From Schmidtea polychroa (Eukaryota), in assembly GCA_044892525.1 (NCBI GenBank), contig CM097886.1, positions 13,578,001 to 13,642,000 of the forward strand: a stretch of DNA of 64,000 bases, written 5' to 3'. This document shows positions 1 through 11,499 of this stretch, piece by piece; within the stretch, counting starts at the first letter, position 1, and each line of letters opens with the position of its first letter. The position numbers and the translations under genes were made by a program. The notes below the pieces were generated by a model. The model was not told where the DNA came from, did not search any database, and saw only the letters and a program-made list of their open reading frames with translations.

Positions 1-192
1 TATTTCCTCGAATAATTTTTTCTTTTGTTGAACTGTTTCCAAATTGATGATAGAGTCGTACTCAATATGATTATCTTCAATTATGTTTTCTGTTCGATTA
101 ACAAGGAATCGTAGATAATTAATCACATCGTTAGTTTCTTTGTTGGAGATAAGACCATTCAATATGTCAATCATAAATGTTGTTTGCGTCAT
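1..192 (-). CDS. Partial ORF running off the left edge (64 codons visible), unknown product
   Basis: ATG at 192 on the minus strand opens MTQTTFMIDILNGLISNKETNDVINYLRFLVNRTENIIEDNHIEYDSIINLETVQQKKKLFEEI with no stop before the edge. It is absent from the ORF track. No family recognised. Confidence 0.35.
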   Translation of the reverse strand, partial: MTQTTFMIDILNGLISNKETNDVINYLRFLVNRTENIIEDNHIEYDSIINLETVQQKKKLFEEI

Positions 193-291
193 TTATAATT
201 AATTGTTGAAATGTTGGTAAATTTATATTATTGCTGTTGAGATGTATTATAAATAAAAGAATATGATTGCTTACAAGAAAAATTAATCCGC

Positions 292-371
292 CAGCCCCTG
301 TGGGGCTGACTGTGACAATTTACAAACTACCGCGCCTGCCCCTTTGGGGCGGGCGTGCGGCAGGCGTGTAG
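292..371. other. Pair of GC-rich hairpins in AT-rich DNA
   Basis: cagcccc-tgt-ggggctg (292-308) and cgcctgcccc-ttt-ggggcgggcg (333-355). An alternative longer stem pairs 327-340 with 359-371. Confidence 0.8.
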
Positions 372-479
372 GTTATTGATTTTAAATTTTTATTTGAATA
401 ACTTGGACATGCATGTTTTGTGTATGATTTTAAAAAAAATAAACTTTAATTTTTGTATCTTTTTAAAATTTTGCTTTGG

Positions 480-810
480 AAAATTTTTGGGAAATTTGTT
501 TTTTTATGGTGCTTTTTAAAATTTGGAGAAAATAATTATGGGACTTTTTACATTTTTAGAAAATTTGGGTAAAATAATTTTAGTACTTTTTAAATTTGGG
601 AAATTTTTGAGTTTGGAAAATTTGGGAAATTTATTTTTAGGACTTTTTAAAATTTGGAAAATTTTTGAGTTGGGAAAATTTGGGAAATTTATTTTTGGGA
701 CTTTTTAAATTTTGTGAAATTTTTGAGTTTGGAAAATTTGGGAAATTTATTTTTGCGACTTTTTAAATTTTGGGAAATTATTGAGTTGGGAAATTTATTT
801 TGAGGATTTT
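480..810. repeat. Degenerate tandem repeat, unit about 55-60 bp, about 5 copies
   Basis: Recurring aaatttgggaaatttattttt(a/g)ggactttttaaa...tttttgagtttgg. The 523-708 ORF is an artefact of this repeat. Confidence 0.8.
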
Positions 811-1289
811 GTGATTTGGAAATATTTTGTAAATATTCCTTGTGATTTTTTTTCTAGTAATTTGTTGATTTTTTCCAAGTATTTTTATATAAAAATTTTC
901 AAATTTATCCAGGCATCTTTATTTTTCAAAATATTTTCTAAGTCAAGTGGTGTGACCTTCACTTTAAAGTACATTATCAAAAATTATTCTATGTCAAGTG
1001 GTGTGAAAAAAAAATTTTTTCCAAGTATTTTATTAAAGCTTTTGTTCATTGTCCCACCATGTGTTGAAGAATATCATTTTATTTCTATAATATAAGATTT
1101 TCTATGTTTGATAATATATGAATGATGTTAAATTATGGCATTTGATGTTGAAGTTTGAGACTTAGGAGCTCATCTTCCATGGAAACTATGCATTTTTTCT
1201 ATATATAGACTATATAATTTTATGTTCGTTATAAAAATCTGAGTTTAAAAAAAATTTCTCCAGGGGGGGGGGGGGGGGTAGTGGTGTGG

Positions 1290-1540
1290 NNNNNNNNNNN
1301 NNNNNNNNNNNNNNNNNNNNNNNNNNNNNNNNNNNNNNNNNNNNNNNNNNNNNNNNNNNNNNNNNNNNNNNNNNNNNNNNNNNNNNNNNNNNNNNNNNNN
1401 NNNNNNNNNNNNNNNNNNNNNNNNNNNNNNNNNNNNNNNNNNNNNNNNNNNNNNNNNNNNNNNNNNNNNNNNNNNNNNNNNNNNNNNNNNNNNNNNNNNN
1501 NNNNNNNNNNNNNNNNNNNNNNNNNNNNNNNNNNNNNNNN
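1290..1540. other. Assembly gap. Further gaps at 2335-2578, 3295-3436, 50406-50569, 54109-54316 and 58642-58869
   Basis: Runs of N. Several are flanked by poly-G or microsatellites, typical of short-read scaffolding. Confidence 1.
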
Positions 1541-2075
1541 ATATAATGATAGTAATAATAATATATAATAAATGGTTGACACATAGGGATGACGGGCAAA
1601 TCATATGCCATCATACGTGTGATTGATTGCGTATACATTCATCAAGTTTACACAGTCATAAAGCCGAACTATTTGCAAATTCTGAGAGACAGCGAGAATT
1701 TGATTTATTTTCGAGATCCTATCTGCATTTTCCTCTCTTTCTCTTTCTCTCCTTTCCTGTCTCCGTTACTGGGCTAGGTTAGCACACCAAATAATTTCTC
1801 CCATCAAACTGAATGGATCAGAGAAATAATAAACCCATATGAAGTTTGCAGTAAAACAAATTTAGTTGCACGAGAACCCAGTCAATTAAGCGAAGGTAGA
1901 TATTGAATCTCTTGATATGTATAATATTTGATGCGATCATATTCGGATGTTTACATTACCGATAATAATAGGATTCATTGTAATGTATATATCTATATAT
2001 TTTGTCTACCGTCGAATTATTGACTGTCACGCTTCCGATCTCTCTTGATCTCTGTGAATATTTCTAACCCTATCT

Positions 2076-5000
2076 ATGTATGACAGCAGCGACTCATTTG
2101 AAGGCAATTGGTGGACTAGAGCGACTGCATCAAAACAAAACAATGCAGGGTGTGCAAACGAAAGAAGTAAAATGGCAACTTGTCTTATTCTCGTCACGAC
2201 GTTACTGGATGTTGCAATTGTTCTTGCAGTCGCCGCAATTGAATATTTCTTTAGGTAAGTTTTTGTTCGTTTATCTATACGGATGTTCAGGTCGAACCGT
2301 TTTTACCTATCAAGCCCCACTCAATCCCAATTGANNNNNNNNNNNNNNNNNNNNNNNNNNNNNNNNNNNNNNNNNNNNNNNNNNNNNNNNNNNNNNNNNN
2401 NNNNNNNNNNNNNNNNNNNNNNNNNNNNNNNNNNNNNNNNNNNNNNNNNNNNNNNNNNNNNNNNNNNNNNNNNNNNNNNNNNNNNNNNNNNNNNNNNNNN
2501 NNNNNNNNNNNNNNNNNNNNNNNNNNNNNNNNNNNNNNNNNNNNNNNNNNNNNNNNNNNNNNNNNNNNNNNNNNNNNNCCTCATATACCTGTAAATATAA
2601 AATTTTCTGGCCCATAATTTGTGTGCTAAAGATTCAGTAAATGTATCGCCTCATATGTCAGTCGTGAGAGATCTGTTGATTAAAGAGCAACTAGTTGGTA
2701 ACGGCGAGAAATTCGCCATCAAGAGACACACATTCCTCTTAGTTGCTGATTTACATCTTGGACAAATATAATAGAGTCTCGCCCATTATTGGGATTCATT
2801 AAATAAATTATGTGTCCTAATCAATCACTACACCACGTAGTCTTCATTGCCCATCATTAACCTAATTATAAAACATTGTAATAAGTCTTACATAGGATAT
2901 TCAATGGCAACTTACCGTTCATTATCTCATGCCTATTAATAGAATCCATTATTATGATTATATAATTATGGTTATTATTTATCCCAAAGATGAAAATGCA
3001 TTCCATTCAAACAATTTCACCAAACTCTCAATAGCAATGGACATATGGAGTCATTATAGTTAATATTTCCCCATATGAGCCATCTGCCCCAGGAGGAATA
3101 TTTATAATTTATGCCAGTTTTCCATTTGAAATTTAAAAACAAAAAAAATTTAATGAAAAAAATCTTTTGAAAACGAATTTATTTCATTATGCAATTTATC
3201 GATTATTTGCGTCATTAGATTACGGTGGATTGTACCCTACTGAAGCTTTTAGGGCCCATAATTAGGTAAAATGTTTGACCAAGCACTTCCATACNNNNNN
3301 NNNNNNNNNNNNNNNNNNNNNNNNNNNNNNNNNNNNNNNNNNNNNNNNNNNNNNNNNNNNNNNNNNNNNNNNNNNNNNNNNNNNNNNNNNNNNNNNNNNN
3401 NNNNNNNNNNNNNNNNNNNNNNNNNNNNNNNNNNNNCACTATTTAATTTTGAACAAATCCAAGTTTATAAGCCAACAAAGCATGCTCTCGAGTTTGACCA
3501 TTTTTTGAAACACCAGCTTCAAATTCCCCAATAAGCATCAAACCCTTTCCTTTTCGAAAAAGGGCTTTTGCATTCACCGGTTGCTTTGCAGGCACCGTTT
3601 TACTAAATTTCATCACAGAAGGTCCCCGGTTTAATTTCAAATTACAATGAGTCATATTGAAATATAATTTCACAACATGACTCCATCGAATATTCTCCTC
3701 GTCATCAGTAAGTAACGGCATAGCGTATAATATATCCAATCCTCTTAAATATTCATTGAGCGCAATTCCATAACGTTTGTTTCGAAAATCAGCATTTGCA
3801 TCATTTCCACATTGAACAACTAATTTAATAATTTCATAAAGGCAATTCGAATCTGTTCATCTTCAAATTTTTAAACATAAACACATGTTGACATTTTCTA
3901 AGATACAAACAAAAAACAAGAATGTCAATAAATTCCAAAAATGCCGATTCAATTTCGAAAACCAATTATACACACTTCCAAAATTCGACCAATTCGAAAA
4001 AATAAAAAACTACCCTGTCCAAGTTTGTGTGCATACACATATAAGAAAAGCCATTCCAACAACAACGCGCACACAGACGCGAGCTCAAAATCGGCCGAAA
4101 CAATTATTATTATACGATTTATCATTCAATTTCAACATTTTATCATTCAATTTCAACATTGTAATCAGAAACAATATTTATAAAAGAATAACAACAAAAT
4201 ATTTATTGATGAATATAGAGTAATTCCGCCGCACAGTTAATGATATTTCGAATTATATGCCTAAAATATCCTGCGCAATCATTTGCTGTAACGTTATCAA
4301 CTTCTATTAACATTAATTCAGATAAATTACCAGTTTCAGCTAATCGCAATCTAGAACGAATCCCATTTTTGATTTTTGAAAACGCATTTTCGATAGGATT
4401 CAGCATATAAGAATAAGGCGCAAGAAATTTAAAATTATAATTAAATTCTGATGTAATTCTTAGATGAATACATAGTTCATTAATAAAGCCAGAGAAAATA
4501 TCTACATTGACAGTGGAATGAGAGATTGTTTTACAATATAACATCCAACTAAGGGACATGCTTGCAATTAGCGAAATTGAACGTCCCCGAATAGTTGGGA
4601 TTTGTACATAGCTGCGAGTTCCTTGTTTAGATCTTGAGTAAGATATTTCAAGATGCGAATTGAATGAAGACTCATCAATGAATATTACATTGGACATTTC
4701 ATTATTGAAATAGTTATTGAACCAGAGAGCATATTCTTTTCGTGCCGAGATTTTTTCTGGCATATTGACTCTATCCAATTCTCGATGAGACAATTTCATA
4801 GTTATTTTTAAATTTTTTAAGGCTCTATTTATGGTCGGAATTGAAATGGAAAAACCATTGCCTTCCTCCTGTTCAAGGCATGCTTTAATCTCTTTTAATG
4901 TAAATTGAGGATTGATGGAGACGATGTTATCAATTTTTACTTGTATTCTTTCCGTATGAACTGTTTTCTTACTTCCACTCCTTTTAGTATGAACGATGAC

Positions 5001-8000
5001 TGACTTCTTACGAAAATTTCTAACAACAGAACGTGCGGAACTATGATTAATTTGTAACAGTTCTGCTGCCTCTTTTATTGTTTTTCCTTATTCCTGAACC
5101 ATATATATTAAATTCTTCTGGGTTTTGTTTGAAAGTTTACTATATTTAACTCTTGGTCTTGAACTATTTTCTGAATTGCTTTTGGCTTCGGATATATTAT
5201 TAACAACCATTGGATATTTTATTAATTTTTAATTATAAGCGCTAATTAATTATAAATAATTTTTAATTATAATTACAGTATCTGTTGTTTTAAAAATTCG
5301 TATAAAATATTTAAGATTTGAAATGTTGAAATTGAATGATAAAATGTTGAAATTGAATGATAAAATGTTGAAATTGAATGATAAAATGTTGAAATTGACT
5401 GATAAAATGTTGAAATTGAATGATAAATGGTATATTATTATATTATTATTTATTAGTATTAAATATTAATTATTAGATGGGTTGCAATTTTACCATTACG
5501 CAAAAGGTCATTCCAATTTTACGAAATGAATTTCACCAGAAAACTTGAAATGGAATCTTCAGAATTTGAAGAATTCATATTTGGCGGGAGAATCCCAGAA
5601 ATGGGGGTTTACATTCATTCATTCAGTGTGCCAATTTTTGTTGTAATATTTCTCATTGCACATTTTATAATTTTGCCAATTATTTAGATTATAGTTGGCG
5701 AGATGCTTTTGTTTTGTATGGCGAATCAAACTGCCAAACTGCTTCCTGCAGGAATATGTTCGCCCCTTCATATTCCACATACAATAAGGCGACTTTACAG
5801 ATTTTCATGTATGAGATTGACATTGAGTATATTTATGATTAATTTCAATTCACAGTGTCCTATCTATTCGGTATTTTGTGCCTGATGGTCACGGTTGATG
5901 TCATGAAGATCTCAATCTGTGAACTACGCCCGAATTTCCTCTCACTTTGCCTTCCCAAGCTTCCAGCCAATGGTAATAGTTATCACTATAATAACGTCAG
6001 CAATTCCTATTACGCAACGGTGTACGCAGAAGGGGCAAAGTTATATCAGTCATCAAATTATAATTTATGCCAGCAAACTGATCTCAATATTGTCAGGAAA
6101 TCCAGGTTTAGTTGATATTTGTTATGAGCACAGGCTTCATGGCTAATATCCATTCTATTACAGAACCTCCTGTCCATCGATGAGAGCAGCTATAAGTATG
6201 TACGCCGCTATTTTTGTCTCGGTAATTCCTTATCTTTTATTCGTGAAGATTCATTAAAAATGCTCATTTGATAATGTAACAAGTCGAGGTCCAAACCATT
6301 ATTATGACCAACCTCCATTTCTGATACAGGTTAAGGTCTAGCCATTGTACAACTTTATCTATCTGCTATCATTGCTTACTTTCAATTTTAATATAAATAT
6401 TTAATCAAAAAAGCCTAATAAATAGCCATAACAACATTTAATATAATTGAAATTAATTTCTAAAATTAAATATTAATTAATTAATAATTATAGAAAACAT
6501 AATTATTTATTCCAGGTCTGGCCAACCAAAATCACCGCTCCAGCCAGCCAAGAGGCTGGCTGTATTTAAAACCTAGAATATTTTGCAGGCCAAAAACAAA
6601 AACAATCAATTTTATTAAATTAAAAAAATAAATAATGTGCAAAATAAATAAAAAAATATTAATTTAATTAAAATAAATTATAAAAATGAAGATTTCTTCA
6701 TTAAATCTATTTTAGAAAAAAATTTTATTTTTATTAATATGAAAAATCAAACGAAAATACGAAATTTTTAAAGCAAAAAAAAATTAAATTAAAATTAAAA
6801 AATTAATTAAAATGAAAAATATAATGGTGGACCGCATTTTAGATAAACATGCACTTTTTAAATATAATATTTATAAAAAAAATTTATAATAGCTAACTTT
6901 CAGAATTGGGCGAATTATGCATCATTCGATAGAGAAAATTTGATTTTCTGATTGTGATTCAATGTAAATTTTATTATTAGAAGACTTTGGAAACATAATT
7001 TATTAATATTACAAAACTGATTATCCCTGCGGAGGAAGTCATTATATTGTAAGTATCTTGAGCAAGATACACACATGCATCAATAATACAATATTACACC
7101 TTTGACATTCAGACATACATTACATAATAATCAGACATGCAAATTCAACATGGTATAATATTATTTCAAACCGGTATTATTTACAGTTATCCTACAGTCA
7201 TACTGTCAATTGTAAATTATGGCTGTGGAAATGCAATTTTTAATGAGTAAATAAATGATTAGTTGACAAATTCGGTAATTTCCACATGATTTCATAATAC
7301 AATTATCTGCAAAGTACCCCGTTTCTAGTTTTTACAACTTATTTCCTTCATTCCGTAGCAAGTTTTGGATTTTTATTCATAACTTTCTATCATTTACAAA
7401 AAAAATGAGCTCGAATCAAATGTTTCATTTCTATCAATATCGTCTTTGAAAATAAAGAACTTTACTTCATATTTTCAGATTTATCTTCATGGAATTGGAA
7501 AGATTCATCACTGCAAGTACCTTCTCATCCCCTTTGTAAATATGGCATTGGTGCTTATGTCTTTGCTATGTGGAATCAACCTGGTTGGATTAGGAGAGAA
7601 TTGGTGGATTGATGTCATTGTTGGCTACATTCTCGGTGGGGTTATTGCACTTTATTTGGTAGGTCACTTTTATTATTAACCTTTTACCAGATAACTAATG
7701 CGTTAGGGAGGTTACTAATATTTTGTTGAGATTAAATAGCTTTTTTTAATGTAAGGTCAATGTAATTTGATTCTATTCCCACTTCACCTAATCTAATGCC
7801 CATCCCTCCTCTCCCCGAGTTAGGTAGGAGATCAAGAATTGATGTCAAATTATATATAACGAAAATAATAATCTTCAATTCATTTAACTTATCTACAGAC
7901 CATTGCCGTGCTTCGGCAATTCCAATTCCAAGAATCCGTGTCAAACAGAAGAATCCTTCGACAAATAGCGTTGCTGCAGAGTGGTAACCGAACCAAGGAA

Positions 8001-9272
8001 GCCAAAGAGGTAAATATTTTATGTGGCAAAGATTTGCAAGCAAAAATTGTGAGAGTAGTTACTGGATAATTGTTATTTATTTCAGCGGCGCATATTTCGA
8101 TTCTACTGATCTCCATGTTTCCTAAGTAAGATAATCCTTAGTAATTTAAATCATCAGGGTCCCTGATTGTTATTACTGACCCCCAGTAACCCTGATGATT
8201 TTGATGGTGTACCCAATACTTGTTGTTATTGTTCCGTGAATTCTCATCTGTTTATATATTTGTTGTGAAATGTATGGATCAATATTACATATCTAGATTT
8301 GCTTATCCTGTCCAGTCCGATCACTTAGGCACACTTTATCGATCAAAGTTTTCTATTGATTTGTTGATTGAATCACGATAAAATGCACAATTGATTAATA
8401 TTGATTTCAGTGGCTTTTCCTGTGTCATTTGCACTTAGTCAATGAAATCAAGAATTAATGGAATTGTGGCACATTTTGATTGAAGGGTGTCAGTAGGAGG
8501 CCTTCAATAATCACCAGGTGATGTGGCCATGAATTTCACGGTAAAAATGCTCTAGACAAACAAATATTAATATCTCGATATGCCCAATGAATCTGGGTTA
8601 ATATTACTTGACAAGTGTATATGGATATGAGCAAAAGGGGTTATGTCCATGAATGGCATTATAAGTAGTATATGTAAGCACCGGATATCCGGATATCATA
8701 TTAATTTCATTTCCCTTCATTGATAAAATGTACAATAATCAATTGTGCATATCAGTAATGGATATATTTCATTTATCATTGACATTTAGTGTGACATCAA
8801 AACAGACTGCATTTTTGAGCCCGTCAGATTGAGAAGAGCAACTGGCCAACCTTCACATTGTCCATGTCATATCACAACCAGTCCTCCACCCACCGGCATT
8901 TTCAAACTCAATTCTGAGGAAACTAGCACATTTTTCCCATTGAACAAACCAAACCGAAAATCAGTCACCCTTCCTATCAGTTCGCCACATATCCCAATCA
9001 ATCATAAGCAAGCAACCACTGATAAGACAGCAACAGTGGAAAATGGCCGTACAAACAATCCCACTGATAAGAGATTATCTGCCTTCAATTTGCCCTACAA
9101 AGAGAATAACAGAAATCAGAGAAACTCGATGATGAACCCAAACTTCCCTAAGATCAGTCAGGAGTTGATCAACATGCTAAATGCCAAGCAGGAAACTAGC
9201 AAGCAAGAACGAGAAATAATTGACCTTGATAAAACACGCAGCAGTGAAAACCCAGTTTTCCAATTCGTTTAA
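2076..9272 (+). CDS. Spliced PAP2-family lipid phosphate phosphatase-related protein (PLPP/PLPPR-like), probably catalytically inactive
   Basis: Exons read TM1 ([18 protein letters not shown], 2076-2253), [17 protein letters not shown]|IIVGEMLL (about 5530-5790), [30 protein letters not shown] (about 5855-6100), [18 protein letters not shown] (about 6165-6222), [25 protein letters not shown] (7479-7658), TIAVLRQFQ (about 7889-7982) and a low-complexity last exon (about 8807-9272). These match the PAP2 C1/C2/C3 layout. The 3' exon chain is inferred. Confidence 0.8.
3437..3840 (-). pseudogene. Chimeric fragment: FKBP6/Shutdown-like TPR segment fused to an EF-1alpha fragment, inside a PAP2 intron
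   Basis: [71 protein letters not shown]...[19 protein letters not shown] is a 3-TPR cochaperone pattern. It continues in frame into [24 protein letters not shown], which matches the EF-1alpha motif [24 protein letters not shown], then stops. Confidence 0.75.
4113..5432 (-). mobile_element. IS630/Tc1/mariner-superfamily DNA transposon, defective
   Basis: Inverted ends tacgatttatcattcaatttcaac / gttgaaattgaatgataaatggta, flanked by TA. A 21-bp subterminal repeat occurs x2 on the left and x5 on the right. The transposase at 5210..4203 has an N-terminal HTH-like region, IFIDESSFN and [19 protein letters not shown], one premature TAA, and lacks the central DN(A) motif. Confidence 0.9.
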
Positions 9273-9426
9273 ATATTGTATGTTTTTCTATTTGCCTTTC
9301 GTGGCTGTACAACAACAAAATTGTTTACCTTTGTGTCGACTGCTATTACTGATTTGAACGCCCAATATTTGATCCTTGTATCATTTTCATTACCATGATT
9401 TTCATTGTTAATTATTATCATTATTA

Positions 9427-9459
<33 letters not shown>

Positions 9460-10106
9460 GCTACTATTAATCTTAATATTATAAATACTATTTTTGCTAA
9501 TTGTTATAAAGAAAAGAAAAAAATATTTTTTTATTTACCAAGATTATATTTCTGAATGAGAATATTTTGTAAATTTGAAATTTAATTTCATAATTTTTAC
9601 AAAAATAAAATTTTGACTCAAAATTATCATTTTCATTTGAAATGTGTTGTTGATTTAAAAATATTTTAAATTTTTAAATTAAAAAAATTAACCAAGCCTT
9701 TTATTAGTAAATCATTTTTAAATAAATATATTTTAAATATCGAAATTTTAATAAATAGTTTTTGAAATATTTTATTCAAAGCTGAAAATTTGTTAGGAAA
9801 TTTTACAATATTTCTTTAAATAAATACTTGGAATTATGTCGTTAAATTTTGAACTGGATTTAAAAAAAAATTTAGAAGATTTGTTAGTAGCTTCTAATAT
9901 TCACAACAAATTCTAATAATAATATTTTTATTGATTTGTATTTTTAGTCTATCAACCTTCTAATCTTTTAAACAAATTAACTTATAATAAAACTGAACAA
10001 ATAAACGGACAAAATATTAAAATAAATACAAAAGGAAAATAAATTTACAAAAATATGGAACATAAGTGTGGAACACGCTCATATAATGTTCATCCGGTAA
10101 ACTCAA

Positions 10107-10356
10107 CAAGGCACCCATATACAAGTCACTCATATACAAAGCACCCATATACAAGGCACCCACATACAAGGCACTTATATACAAGGCACCCATATACAAG
10201 GCACCCATATACAAGTCACTCATATACAAAGCACCCATATACAAAGCACCAATATACAAGGCACCCATATACAAGGCACCCATATACAAGGTATCCATAT
10301 ACAAAGCACTCATATACAAGGCACCAATATACAAGGCACCCATATACAAGGTACCC
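10107..10356. repeat. 15-bp minisatellite (caaggcacccatata)n, about 16-17 copies
   Basis: Directly visible tandem array with point variants. Confidence 0.95.
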
Positions 10357-10550
10357 GTTTTCTTGCGTTTTAAAGTATGACTAAAATAAAATGAAAATGA
10401 AAAATAGATCAAAATATTAAAGCCCTCATGATTCTTTGTCTAACCTTATAAAGCACTGTCAACTTAACATTTTTACCTGATGCTGACAACAAATATCCAA
10501 TCGATAATATAATTCTTTGTGAAAAGTCAGTTGAGAAAAATGATGCCCAT

Positions 10551-11200
10551 TTGTACATTGTCAATACGAAATTCTATGGCTATAATAATCATGATTACAA
10601 TAATTATTATGACGCAAAAAAAGAAAACACCGAATCTTTGAGATTAAGTGCCGATAAATTTCCTCTTTTGACATCATTAACTTACTCGAATCGTGCATAT
10701 TCCACGTCGAAACTCAACAATTACTCGGACGCTCTCAACGGTTACTGTGCTACTCAATTCAGTCCCGACTGGTACATGAATACAAAACTCCATGGAATAA
10801 AATCTCAGAACAAATTGGAGGGAGTTACGAAAACGGATGTGAGGAAATTGTCAGCCGATTCGGGAAATGACGAATGTGGTAAACTGTTGGAGATAATTAG
10901 ACACAAACAGAAATTTTCCGAGCATGTTGAAGCGTCTAAAAAGGGGGAATCAAATGGAAATTACAAAAACGCTGCTTTATCATATTCTGAAGCACTTGAC
11001 ATCGATAACTACGCGCAAGTCGCGCTCAGGAACGAGAGAGGCGTTCGTTTGGACTCCATCGGTATAGGGAAACATTAAATGATCACAATGAAGCGCTGCA
11101 ATCGGATCCGTCAAACTGCCGACCAACTTACAATCGTATAGGATGCCTCATCAAATTAGAACGGTTTCAGGACGGCACCCGAGAAGCGACAATCCCAACC
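10551..11200 (+). pseudogene. Degenerate TPR-protein fragment (DNAJC7/STI1-like)
   Basis: TPR motifs YSNRAY..SKLNNYSDAL....ATQFSPDW, GNYKNAALSYSEALDID...LRNERG and, after a stop/frameshift, DPSNCRPTYNRIGCLIKLERFQD. No introns are visible. Confidence 0.55.
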
Positions 11201-11499
11201 GAACCCTTTCCTGTCAGGATCACCAAGATTGGTTGAGCACCGCGATTTAAACCGATAAGCATGCTAACAGTGACTCAAGATTAACGGGCGAGTGTTATTT
11301 TAAACGTATATTCATATTTCCGTACAAGCTTTTACACAAACTCACCCTCCCAAAATTATTTACTCCGTCGTTCTTCTACAACCTAGCTACAAATCACGTC
11401 TGTTAACTTACTAAATTCTTTAGCACAGCAGCGATTATTCACCCACCGCGATATTAATGTCTACAACATCTGGCTTGGCGCGTTTTGATAGCAAAATAC

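Noticed and set aside
1210-1638. ORFs containing long X runs (also near 2283-2615, 3215-3534, 50243-50620, 54061-54336 and 58347-58941)
   Set aside because: They are artefacts of translating through N-gaps.
10107-10356. CRISPR-like appearance of the regular repeats (also 30530-30785 and 44102-44220)
   Set aside because: The units are head-to-tail with no unique spacers, there are no cas genes, and the context is eukaryotic.
10017-10412. RHPYT and MGALY repeat ORFs
   Set aside because: Both strands are open only because the 15-bp unit lacks stops. There is no non-repetitive coding context.
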